Positions 8,741 to 16,503 of a stretch of DNA of 24,000 nt are shown here, piece by piece; within the stretch, counting starts at the first letter, position 1, and every line of letters starts with the position of its first letter. The translations under genes and the position numbers were made by a program. This DNA comes from Pseudomonas sp. RIT-PI-AD. Lineage in GTDB: Bacteria; Pseudomonadota; Gammaproteobacteria; Pseudomonadales; Pseudomonadaceae. The notes under the pieces are model-generated. The model searched no databases, was not told the DNA's origin, and worked only from the letters and a program-made list of their open reading frames with translations. The stretch spans positions 68,295 to 92,294 of the forward strand of contig NZ_JANZKU010000003.1 of NCBI RefSeq assembly GCF_025642785.1, written 5' to 3'.

Positions 8741-8777
8741 GGTGCGGTGGATGGGTGAAGCGCCATCCACCCTACGG
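8741..8777 (+). repeat. REP-like palindromic element, copy 1
   Basis: GGTGCGGTGGATGGGTGAAGCGCCATCCACCCTACGG. Internal 9-bp perfect stem GGTGGATGG/CCATCCACC with an 8-nt loop. Confidence 0.65.
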
Positions 8778-8778
8778 A

Positions 8779-8823
8779 CTCAAGCGCCTGTTTCGCGGTG
8801 GCGGACAGGTGGCGGCCGCGCCG
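8779..8823 (+). repeat. Decayed duplicate of the rlmG 3-prime coding end
   Basis: 39 of 45 positions are identical to 8639-8683 by hand alignment, at a constant offset of 140 nt. Not in a functional reading context. Confidence 0.7.
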
Positions 8824-8861
8824 TACGGGCTTTCGAGGTTGGCAGCGGGCTTGGGGGCCAT

Positions 8862-8898
8862 GGTGCGGTGGACGGGTGAAGCGTCATCCACCCTACGG
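8862..8898 (+). repeat. REP-like palindromic element, copy 2
   Basis: GGTGCGGTGGACGGGTGAAGCGTCATCCACCCTACGG. 35 of 37 positions identical to copy 1, same orientation, 121 nt downstream. A third, permuted fragment (GGGTGAAGCG+GCGGTGGAT) lies at 8922-8940. Confidence 0.65.
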
Positions 8899-9141
8899 AT
8901 TGCGCGTGGCAAGCGGCCGGAGGGGTGAAGCGGCGGTGGATTTCCATGGGCCCGCGCTCCCGATGGGGGCTGCCGAAGCCAATCGGGCAGTCGTCCCGGT
9001 GTCCGCCCCTGGCGCGCGCGATTGGCCCGCGCAGAAACATCGGGAACTCCAACGGAAGCGGGCGAACCAATCCATGACCCGCGCGGAAACGCCACCTGCG
9101 ACAATCGGCCCGCTGCGCCTATGCGCGAAAAGCGCGGATGA

Positions 9142-9155
9142 TTGACCGAGATCAA
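9142..9155 (+). promoter_or_regulatory. FNR/ANR box immediately upstream of cioA
   Basis: TTGACCGAGATCAA matches TTGAT-N4-ATCAA at 9 of 10 positions. Its centre is only 26.5 nt upstream of the cioA ATG, so it must lie at or downstream of the core promoter. Confidence 0.6.
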
Positions 9156-9174
9156 CACACCCTAGGGGATATGC

Positions 9175-10662
9175 ATGCTTGGCCTGGGCGCCCTTGAACT
9201 GGCCCGTATCCAGTTCGCTTTCACCATCTCCTTCCACATCATCTTCCCCGCCATCAGCATCGGCATGGCCAGTTACCTGGCGGTGCTGGAGGGGCTCTGG
9301 CTGAAGACCCGCAAGGACGTCTACTACGACCTCTACCGGTTCTGGCTGCAGATCTTCGCGGTGACCTTCGGCATGGGCGTGGTGTCCGGGGTGGTGATGA
9401 GCTACCAGTTCGGCACCAACTGGAGCGAGCTCTCGGCCCGCGCCGGCAGCATCATGGGGCCGCTGCTGACCTACGAGGTGCTCACCGCGTTCTTCCTCGA
9501 GGCCGGTTTCCTCGGGATCATGCTGTTCGGCCTGAACAAGGTCGGCAAAGGCCTGCACTTCTTCGCCACCCTGATGGTGGCCATCGGCACCCTGATCTCC
9601 ACCTTCTGGATTCTCTCGTCCAACAGCTGGATGCACACGCCGCAGGGCTACAGCATCGTCGACGGGGTGTTCTACCCAGAGAGCTGGTTCGACATCGTCT
9701 TCAACCCATCCTTCCCCTATCGCCTGGCGCACATGGCCATCGCCGCCTTCCTCAGCACCGCGTTCATCGTCGGCGCCACCGGCGCCTGGCACCTGCTCAA
9801 GGGCAAGCGCGATCCGGCGACCCGGGTGATGTTCTCCATGGCCTTGTGGATGGCCTTGCTGGTGGCCCCGGTACAGGCGGTGGTCGGCGACTTCCACGGC
9901 CTCAACACCCTCAAGCACCAGCCGGCGAAGATCGCCGCCATCGAAGGCCATTGGGAAACCGAGCGCGGCATCCCCCTGCTGCTGTTCGGCATCCCCGACA
10001 TGCAGGCCGAAACCACCCGCTATGCCCTGGGCATTCCCCGCCTCGGCAGCCTGATCCTGGCCCACGACATCGATGGCGAGATCAAGGGCCTGAAGGCCTG
10101 GCCCAAGGAAGACCGGCCGAATTCGCTGATCGTGTTCTGGAGTTTCCGGGTGATGGTCGGCCTCGGCCTGCTGATGATCCTCTGCGGCGTGATCAGCCTG
10201 TACCTGCGCGCCCGCGGTCGCCTCTACGAGGCGCGGCCGTTCCATTGGCTGGCCCTGGCGATGGGCCCCGCCGGCCTGCTGGCGCTGCTCGCCGGCTGGG
10301 TGACCACCGAAGTGGGCCGCCAGCCCTGGGTGATCTACGGCCTGCTGCGCACCTCCGACGCGGTGTCCAACCACAGCGTCGGGCAGATGAGCCTGACCCT
10401 GAGCGCCTTCGTGGTGGTCTACCTGGCGGTGTTCGGCGTGGGCATCACCTATCTGCTGCGGATGATGCGCAAGGGGCCGCAACGCGCCGGCAGCATCGAT
10501 CCGCGCCAGTCCGGCGGACCGGACGGCGGGCCGGGACACACCCGCACGCCGGCGCGACCGATCTCCGCGGCCGACGACGACGTGGACGACGGTCCCGGGG
10601 TCGCCGCCGAGGACCGGGGCATGCATCCCTCGAACGACAAGGAGCGCGGCGATGACCATTGA
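9175..10662 (+). CDS. cioA: Cyanide-insensitive (bd-type) quinol oxidase subunit I
   Basis: MLGLGALELARIQFAFTISFHIIFPAISIGMASYLAVLEGLWLKT...GRQPWVIYGLLRT shows the conserved CydA/CioA N-terminus and GRQPW motif. 495 aa, consistent with the short Q-loop CIO type. Confidence 0.93.
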   Translation: MLGLGALELARIQFAFTISFHIIFPAISIGMASYLAVLEGLWLKTRKDVYYDLYRFWLQIFAVTFGMGVVSGVVMSYQFGTNWSELSARAGSIMGPLLTYEVLTAFFLEAGFLGIMLFGLNKVGKGLHFFATLMVAIGTLISTFWILSSNSWMHTPQGYSIVDGVFYPESWFDIVFNPSFPYRLAHMAIAAFLSTAFIVGATGAWHLLKGKRDPATRVMFSMALWMALLVAPVQAVVGDFHGLNTLKHQPAKIAAIEGHWETERGIPLLLFGIPDMQAETTRYALGIPRLGSLILAHDIDGEIKGLKAWPKEDRPNSLIVFWSFRVMVGLGLLMILCGVISLYLRARGRLYEARPFHWLALAMGPAGLLALLAGWVTTEVGRQPWVIYGLLRTSDAVSNHSVGQMSLTLSAFVVVYLAVFGVGITYLLRMMRKGPQRAGSIDPRQSGGPDGGPGHTRTPARPISAADDDVDDGPGVAAEDRGMHPSNDKERGDDH

Positions 10663-11656
10663 TCTTCCGCTGATCTGGACCGCCATCATCGGCTTCGGCA
10701 TCTTCATGTACGTGGTGATGGACGGCTTCGACCTGGGCATCGGCATCCTCTTCCCGTTCATCCGCGACCACGAAGAGCGCGACGTGATGATGAACAGCGT
10801 GGCGCCGATCTGGGACGGCAACGAAACCTGGCTGGTGCTCGGCGGCGCCGGCCTGTTCGCAGCCTTCCCGGTGGCTTACTCGGTGGTGCTGACGGCGCTC
10901 TACCTGCCGTTGATCCTGATGCTGATCGCGCTGATCTTCCGCGGCGTGGCCTTCGAGTTCCGCTTCAAGGCCAAGCGCACCCGCTACGTGTGGGACGCGG
11001 CCTTCATCGGCGGTTCGATGGTCGCCACCTTCGCCCAGGGCGTGGTCTTGGGCGCCTTCATCGACGGTATCCCGGTGGCCAACCGCGCCTACGCCGGCGG
11101 CGCCTTCGACTGGCTGGCGCCCTTCCCGCTGTTCTGCGGCGCGGCGCTGCTCTGCGGCTACGCCCTGCTGGGCTGCACCTGGCTGATCATGAAGACCGAG
11201 GGCCGCCTGCAACGCCACATGTACAAGCTGGTGGTGCCGCTGACCTGCGTGCTGCTGCTATTCATCGCGGTGGTCAGCGTGTGGACGCCGCTGGCCCACC
11301 AGGCCATCGCCCAGCGCTGGTTCACCCTGCCCAACCTGTTCTACTTCATGCCGGTGCCGACCCTGGTGGCGATCACCGTGCTCGGGCTGGTGCGGGCGGT
11401 GGCGGTGCGCGCGGACAAGCAGCCGTTCCTGCTCACCCTGACCCTGATCGCCCTCTCCTACGCCGGCCTGGCGATCAGCGTGTGGCCGAACATCGTGCCG
11501 CCGTCGCTGAGCATCTGGGAAGCGTCGGCACCGGAGAAAAGCCAGGCGTTCACCCTGGTGGGCGTGACCTTCATGGTGCCGGTCATCCTGATCTACACGG
11601 CCTACAGCTATTACGTGTTCCGCGGCAAGATCAAGCTGGGCGAGGGGTACCACTGA
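10652..11656 (+). CDS. cioB: Cyanide-insensitive (bd-type) quinol oxidase subunit II
   Basis: AAGGAG lies 7 nt before ATG 10652, which overlaps the cioA stop by 11 nt. ...MYVVMDGFDLGIGILFPF...APIWDGNETWLVLGG... are CydB/CioB signatures. 334 aa. Confidence 0.93.
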   Translation: MTIDLPLIWTAIIGFGIFMYVVMDGFDLGIGILFPFIRDHEERDVMMNSVAPIWDGNETWLVLGGAGLFAAFPVAYSVVLTALYLPLILMLIALIFRGVAFEFRFKAKRTRYVWDAAFIGGSMVATFAQGVVLGAFIDGIPVANRAYAGGAFDWLAPFPLFCGAALLCGYALLGCTWLIMKTEGRLQRHMYKLVVPLTCVLLLFIAVVSVWTPLAHQAIAQRWFTLPNLFYFMPVPTLVAITVLGLVRAVAVRADKQPFLLTLTLIALSYAGLAISVWPNIVPPSLSIWEASAPEKSQAFTLVGVTFMVPVILIYTAYSYYVFRGKIKLGEGYH

Positions 11657-11766
11657 TGCGCCCGCTGTGGCAGCGCCTGGCCTGGTTCGCCGGGCTCTGG
11701 CTGGGCGGCGTGCTGGCGGTCACCGCGCTGGCCTACCTGATCAAGCTGGGCATGGGCCTGGCCTGA
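11656..11766 (+). CDS. 36-aa single-pass membrane micro-protein, DUF2474-like, coupled to cioB
   Basis: The ATG overlaps the cioB stop (TGATG). MRPLWQRLAWFAGLWLGGVLAVTALAYLIKLGMGLA has one hydrophobic helix and GC3-rich codons. It is hidden in the track inside the spurious 10990..11766 ORF. Confidence 0.65.
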   Translation: MRPLWQRLAWFAGLWLGGVLAVTALAYLIKLGMGLA

Positions 11767-11840
11767 GCGCCGGCTCGAAGGCCCTAACCGCGCCGCCGCG
11801 AACCAGCCGGCGAGCCGCGCATCCATAAGCGCCGCCCAGC

Positions 11841-12428
11841 TCAGGAGGTTTCCGGAGCCAGGGCGGCTTCGCTGTCGACATCGCGCAGCACGCCAGGATC
11901 GTCGAGGTCGATCGCGACGCAGCACTCGGGCCGCTCCTGCAGCAGCTCGCGCGCGCCGCGGTCGCCCTCCAGGGTCTCCAGCGCGCCCCAGAAGAGCCGC
12001 CCGAACAGCACCGGATGGCCGCGCTCGCCGCGGTAGCGGGGAAACAGGATATGTGTAGCCTCGGCGGCGCACGCCAGGCGCCTGAGACTGCCTTCGGCGA
12101 TCCAGGGCATGTCGCCGAGCAGCACCGCCAGTGCCCGCGCGGGGCGCTCGCGCAGGGCGCGGGCACCGGCCGCCAGGCTGTGACCCATGCCCAAGTCGGC
12201 CTCGGCGCAGCGGATCACCCGCACCTCCGCCGGGATGCCCAAGGCCTGGGCGTCGTCGTCCTCGCGCAGCACCACCGCCACCTCGGCGAAGCAGCGCCGT
12301 GCCTGGGCCAGGCTGGCGGCCAGTAACGGGGTGCCGTCGGGCAGGCGCGCCAGGCGCTTGTCGCGGCCGAAGCGGCGTCCGCGTCCGGCGGCGAGAATCA
12401 GGGCGATCACATCGGTGTCAGGCAGCAT
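11841..12428 (-). CDS. MobA/MocA-like nucleotidyltransferase (molybdenum cofactor cytidylyl/guanylyl-transferase family)
   Basis: 195 aa. N-terminal LILAAGRGRRFGRDKRLA nucleotide-binding loop and LGDMP motif, typical of the NTP_transf_3 family. Confidence 0.8.
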   Translation of the reverse strand: MLPDTDVIALILAAGRGRRFGRDKRLARLPDGTPLLAASLAQARRCFAEVAVVLREDDDAQALGIPAEVRVIRCAEADLGMGHSLAAGARALRERPARALAVLLGDMPWIAEGSLRRLACAAEATHILFPRYRGERGHPVLFGRLFWGALETLEGDRGARELLQERPECCVAIDLDDPGVLRDVDSEAALAPETS

Positions 12429-12526
12429 CCCGGCAGTCTACCCAGGGCGCGCCGCGGACGACACCCGCGGCATCGGCGGCCCTCATCGCCGGCAGCCTGC
12501 CATGGACCCTACCGCCGGTTCCGCAC

Positions 12527-13438
12527 TCAGGAGGCGTAGCGCTGCAGGTTCTCCATCATTTCCTTGAGCGCCTCGAGGTTGTCCGCCGGGTGGGCGGCGC
12601 CCTCGAAGTCGCAGATGCGCTGCCACTGGGCGGCCACGTCCTCCGGGCTGAAGCCGGCACGCGGGTCGAAACCGGCGCCGAGGCTGCGCTCCCAGCGGAC
12701 CTTGCCGATCCAGCCGCCGCCCACCTCGAACAGCCCAGAGGTGTCCTGGCAGGCGCCGCTGCCCAGGTACACCACCAGCGGGCTGACCAGTTCGGGTTTG
12801 AGTTGCTCGAAGACCTGGGGCGGGATCAGCCCTTCGGTCATCCGGGTGCCGCCGGTGGGCGCGATGGCGTTGACCAGGATGTTGTTCTTGCGGCCTTCGA
12901 TGGCCAGGGTGCGGGTCAGGCCGTAGAGCCCGAGCTTGGCCATGCCGTAGTTGCTCTGGCCGAAGTTGCCGTAGATGCCGGAGGTGGAGGCGGTGAAGAT
13001 CACCCGCCCGTAGTTCTGCTCGCGCAGGTGCGGCCAGGCGGCCCGGGTGACCTTGTAGGCGCCCTCGACGTGAACCCGGTAGACCAGGTCCCAGTCGGCG
13101 TCCTCCATCTTGTGGAAGGTCTTGTCGCGGAGAATCCCGGCGTTGTTCACCACCACGTCGACGCGGCCGAAGTTGTCCAGGGCGGCCTGGACGATGCGCT
13201 CGCCGTCGGTCACCGAGTCGTGGCTGGCCACCGCGGTGCCGCCGGCCTCGCGGATTTCCGCGACCACCTTGTCGGCCGCCGAGGCATTGGCGCCTTCGCC
13301 GTGGGTGCTGCCGCCCAGGTCGTTGACCACCACCCGCGCGCCGTGCCGGGCGAACAGCAATGCGTGGTCGCGGCCGAGGCCGCCGCCGGCTCCGGTGACG
13401 ATCACGACCTGGTCTTCGAAACGGACGGCTTCACGCAT
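12527..13438 (-). CDS. Short-chain dehydrogenase/reductase, MFE-2 (3-hydroxyacyl-CoA dehydrogenase)-like
   Basis: AGGAG lies 7 nt before ATG 13438. 303 aa. TGAGGGLG cofactor loop, NNAGILRD, and the catalytic S...YGMAK (YxxxK). Confidence 0.85.
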   Translation of the reverse strand: MREAVRFEDQVVIVTGAGGGLGRDHALLFARHGARVVVNDLGGSTHGEGANASAADKVVAEIREAGGTAVASHDSVTDGERIVQAALDNFGRVDVVVNNAGILRDKTFHKMEDADWDLVYRVHVEGAYKVTRAAWPHLREQNYGRVIFTASTSGIYGNFGQSNYGMAKLGLYGLTRTLAIEGRKNNILVNAIAPTGGTRMTEGLIPPQVFEQLKPELVSPLVVYLGSGACQDTSGLFEVGGGWIGKVRWERSLGAGFDPRAGFSPEDVAAQWQRICDFEGAAHPADNLEALKEMMENLQRYAS

Positions 13439-13494
13439 GGGACGCACTCCTGGCGAGGGGGAAAGACCCGGAGTGTCGCCAGGCCGCGCCGGGC

Positions 13495-14442
13495 TCACAA
13501 CGAAGACGGCGGCGCTGAATACCCGTCGATAAGGCCGGGGGATGGACCCTCTCCCGCCAATCGAGCCCGGGTTTCGCGGAACGCCAGGTAATGCGCCAGC
13601 ACCGCCTCCGGCGCCTCGACCTGGGGATAATGGCCGATCCCGTCCAGCAGCACGCTGTCCGCGGGGACGATCAATTCCCGGTAGCGCGCCACCATGTGCG
13701 CGCCGGAAATCGGATCGAGCGCCCCGTCGATCACCCGCAGCGGCACCCGCGTGCGCTGCATCGCCGTCACCCAGCGCTCGCGCTGGACGCGCCGCTCGGG
13801 GATGTAGCGGATCAAGCGATGCATCACCGCCGGGCCGTCGTGCTCGGCGATCAGCCGCCAGTAGGCGTCCAGGTCCACTTCGCTCGGCTGGGTGTCCGGG
13901 CCGAATATCCGGCGGAAATTGCGCGCCAGGCTGCGGCGGTTGAACAGGCGACCCACCAGCGGACCCAGCGGGCCGAGCAGGAGTTTCTGGCTGAGCACCG
14001 GGCGATGGGTCTCCGGGAACAGCCCGCCGTTGAGGAACACGCAACTGGCCAGGCGCAGCCGTCCCTCCTCGTGCCGCGCCAGCAATTCCTGCGCGACGCT
14101 GTCGCCGTAATCGTGGGCCAGCAGATGCAGCGGATGGCGGATGTCCAGGTGAGCGAGCAGCGCCTGCTGCACGTCGGCCTGTTCCAGCAGGCTATAAGCA
14201 TGCCCGCGGGGCTTGGCCGAATCGCCGAAACCGAGCATGTCGCAGGCCAGCAGCCGGTAGCGCTGCGCCAACGGCTGCCAGAGGCGGTGCCAGTCCCAGC
14301 TGGCGGTGGGGAAGCCGTGGATCAGCAACAACGGTTCGGCGTCCTCCGCTCCGGCGCACCAGTAGCGGATGCGCCGCCCGCCCAGATCCAGGTCGTGGCC
14401 GGCGGCGCGCCAGGCGTCGAGGGCGATGCCGGGCAGCGCCAT
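13495..14442 (-). CDS. Alpha/beta hydrolase, epoxide-hydrolase/MEST-like (Asp nucleophile)
   Basis: The ATG at 14442 shares one base with the upstream stop (TGATG). HGFPTASWDW oxyanion motif, AHDYGDS nucleophile elbow with Asp, and a C-terminal GHYP His. Confidence 0.85.
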   Translation of the reverse strand: MALPGIALDAWRAAGHDLDLGGRRIRYWCAGAEDAEPLLLIHGFPTASWDWHRLWQPLAQRYRLLACDMLGFGDSAKPRGHAYSLLEQADVQQALLAHLDIRHPLHLLAHDYGDSVAQELLARHEEGRLRLASCVFLNGGLFPETHRPVLSQKLLLGPLGPLVGRLFNRRSLARNFRRIFGPDTQPSEVDLDAYWRLIAEHDGPAVMHRLIRYIPERRVQRERWVTAMQRTRVPLRVIDGALDPISGAHMVARYRELIVPADSVLLDGIGHYPQVEAPEAVLAHYLAFRETRARLAGEGPSPGLIDGYSAPPSSL

Positions 14443-15221
14443 CAGGCGGCGTAGCCCGGGTTCTGCGCATCCAGCTTGCGCAGCAGGGCCGGCCAGGGCA
14501 GCGCGCCGCCCATGCCCTGCGGGCTGCGCATCACCCCGGCGATCATCGCCTTGGCGCCGTCGAGCACCTGCTGCGGGATGTGGATGAGTTCGGCGCCGCT
14601 GCCCTGGGCCAGCACCTGGATCTCGCAGGCGCGTTGCAGGGTGAACATCATCAGGAAGGCGTCGGCGATGCTGCCGGCGGCGGTGAGCAGGCCGTGGTTG
14701 GGCAGGATCATGAAGTTCTTCTCCCCCAGGTCCCGTTGCAACCGCGCCTTCTCCTCGTGGTGCAGGGCCACGCCCTCGTAGCCGTGGTAGGCCAGGCTGG
14801 CGAGCACGAACAGCGATTGCTGGGACAACGGCAGCAGGCCCTGCTTCTGCGCCGACACGGCGATGCCCGCGGCGGTATGGATGTGCAGCACGCAACCGAC
14901 GTCCGGCCGCGCTTCGTGCACCGCGCTGTGGATGGTGTAGCCGGCCGGGTTGATCTCGTAAGGGCTGTCCATCAGCTTGCGCCCCTCCAGGTCCACCTTC
15001 ACCAGGCTGGAGGCGGTGATTTCATGGAACATCAGCCCGTAGGGGTTGATCAGGAAATCCTCGGTGCCGGGCACCTTGGCCGAGATGTGGGTGAAGATCA
15101 GGTCGTCCCAGCCATACAGGGCGATCAGCCGGTAACAGGCGGCGAGGTCGACGCGGGCCTGCCATTCGGCGGCGGACACCTGGTTTTCCAGCGGGGACGG
15201 AAAGGGCATTTGAGCGTTCAC
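14442..15221 (-). CDS. Class II aldolase/adducin-family protein
   Basis: GTG start at 15221 with AGGAGG 8 nt upstream; an in-frame ATG lies 4 codons later. 259 aa, with the VLHIHT metal-binding His cluster typical of the family. Confidence 0.85.
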   Translation of the reverse strand: MNAQMPFPSPLENQVSAAEWQARVDLAACYRLIALYGWDDLIFTHISAKVPGTEDFLINPYGLMFHEITASSLVKVDLEGRKLMDSPYEINPAGYTIHSAVHEARPDVGCVLHIHTAAGIAVSAQKQGLLPLSQQSLFVLASLAYHGYEGVALHHEEKARLQRDLGEKNFMILPNHGLLTAAGSIADAFLMMFTLQRACEIQVLAQGSGAELIHIPQQVLDGAKAMIAGVMRSPQGMGGALPWPALLRKLDAQNPGYAA

Positions 15222-15327
15222 GGATCGGGCCTCCTGGGCATCTTGTCGTTGTGCCCTGGAGTCTAGCGGTCGCTCCTGCCGAGGGTAGTCGCCTTGGCAG
15301 CCAGCTTAGTGGCCCTGTGGGTCAGCC

Positions 15328-16014
15328 TCACAGCCAGTGCGCCAGCAGCGGCGCGGCGAACAGGTTGAGCAGCCCCATCAGCACCATCACCAGTCCGGCC
15401 ACCGTGCCCTCCTCGCCGCCCACCTCGTGGGCCCGCGCCACGCCGGCGCCGTGGGCCCCGACGCCGAACAGCGCGCCACGCGCCAGGCTGCTGCGCAGCG
15501 GCAACCACTTCAGCAGCAGGCCGCCGGTCAGGGCGCCGAACACGCCGGTGAGCATGACGAACACCGCGGTCAGTTCGGGGATACCGCCCAGGTCGCGGGC
15601 CACCGGCATGGCGAAGGGCGTGGTGATCGAGCGCGGCACTAACGACCGGCTCACCGCGCCGTCCAGGGACAGCGCATTGGCCAGTCCCCAGGAACTGGCG
15701 ATGGCCACCGAGCTGCCCGCCAGCATGCCCAGCAACAGAGCCGGCCAATGCCGCGCCAGCAAGGCGCGCTGCTCCCAGATGGGCACGGCGAACGCCACCG
15801 TCGCCGGGCCGAGCAACAGCATCAACAGGTGGGTGTTGCTGGCGTATTCGGCATAGCCGGTGCGCAAGGGCACGGCCACCGCCAACAGCAAGGCCGGCAC
15901 CAGCAGCAGGGGCGACAGCAGGTAACGACCGCTGCGCCGGTATAACCACCGGCTGAACAGGTAGCCGCCGAGGGTCAGGGCCAGCCAGAACAGCGGCATG
16001 GGTTCAAGGCTCAT
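15328..16014 (-). CDS. lrgB: LrgB/CidB-family membrane protein
   Basis: 228 aa polytopic membrane protein. ...SLVPRSITTPFAMPVA...GIPELTAVFVMLTGVFG... are LrgB signatures. The ATG at 16014 overlaps the lrgA end by 11 nt; an alternative ATG lies at 15999. Confidence 0.88.
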   Translation of the reverse strand: MSLEPMPLFWLALTLGGYLFSRWLYRRSGRYLLSPLLLVPALLLAVAVPLRTGYAEYASNTHLLMLLLGPATVAFAVPIWEQRALLARHWPALLLGMLAGSSVAIASSWGLANALSLDGAVSRSLVPRSITTPFAMPVARDLGGIPELTAVFVMLTGVFGALTGGLLLKWLPLRSSLARGALFGVGAHGAGVARAHEVGGEEGTVAGLVMVLMGLLNLFAAPLLAHWL

Positions 16015-16390
16015 GATGCGGCCCCCAGCGGCAGACCGCCTCCACCGTCAGCGCGGTGGCGAGCATCACCAGCAGCGTGCTGCTGCCGATCACCAGCAGG
16101 ATGCGCCAGCCGCTCTGGCGCAGCAGCGCGCCGTAATCCAGCAGGCTCATCAGGGCGGGAATGAAGAACAGCAGCATTTCCGCCATCAGCAGGCCGGCGC
16201 CCAGGCGCAGGGCCGCGGGCTCGACCCAGCCGCTGGCGAAGGCGGCGAGGAGCAGGCCGAGCCCCACCACGCCACCGGGGATCGGCCAGTGCAACCAAGC
16301 GGCCAGGGCGCAACCGAACCCGTAAAGCCCCAGCAGGGCTGCGAGTTCGGCACAGAGACGGGTGAAACGCAGGAAGCGCACAAGATTCAT
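16004..16390 (-). CDS. lrgA: LrgA/CidA-family holin-like membrane protein
   Basis: 128 aa with four hydrophobic segments. Directly upstream of, and overlapping, lrgB. Confidence 0.85.
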   Translation of the reverse strand: MNLVRFLRFTRLCAELAALLGLYGFGCALAAWLHWPIPGGVVGLGLLLAAFASGWVEPAALRLGAGLLMAEMLLFFIPALMSLLDYGALLRQSGWRILLVIGSSTLLVMLATALTVEAVCRWGPHHEP

Positions 16391-16465
16391 GGCGGCGGCC
16401 TCGAAGGAGCCTGCAGTGTAAAAAGCCGTCTACCATCCCAAAAGCGAATTGTTAGACTCGTTCGG

Positions 16466-16480
16466 ATTCCAAAGCGGAAT
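16466..16480. promoter_or_regulatory. Candidate LysR (T-N11-A) box in the lrgA / LysR divergent region
   Basis: ATTCC-AAAGC-GGAAT is a perfect dyad containing T-N11-A. It lies 24 nt upstream of the LysR ATG and 76 nt upstream of the lrgA ATG. Confidence 0.4.
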
Positions 16481-16503
16481 ACCACCCCATCGATGAGGTC
16501 TTC

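Noticed and set aside
8741-8940. Possible CRISPR array, because of repeated 37-nt palindromic units
   Set aside because: There are only two full copies plus a fragment. The material between them is a duplicated gene fragment rather than unique spacers of regular length. The repeat is a REP-type hairpin, and no cas genes are present.
10480-10662. Pro/Gly/Asp-rich C-terminal tail of CioA as a possible novel extension
   Set aside because: The total length of 495 aa is close to what I recall for P. aeruginosa CioA. Low-complexity cytoplasmic tails are common in subunit I, and I cannot show that this one is unusual without an alignment.
8893-10821. 642-aa minus-strand ORF, the longest in the track
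   Set aside because: It is entirely antisense to cioA/cioB and has His/Gly/Asp-rich low complexity. cioA and cioB carry strong family signatures and proper Shine-Dalgarno sites.
12131-13591. 486-aa plus-strand ORF, and the 505/466-aa N-terminally extended versions of the SDR and hydrolase ORFs
   Set aside because: The plus-strand ORF is antisense. The extended minus-strand versions run through upstream genes, while internal starts at 13438 and 14442 have a Shine-Dalgarno site or stop-start coupling and give normal domain lengths.
15295-15309. Sigma54-like TGGCAG-N5-TTAG
   Set aside because: The -12 element is TTAG rather than TTGC. It also points on the plus strand into the 3-prime end of the minus-strand lrgB gene, so it has no target gene.
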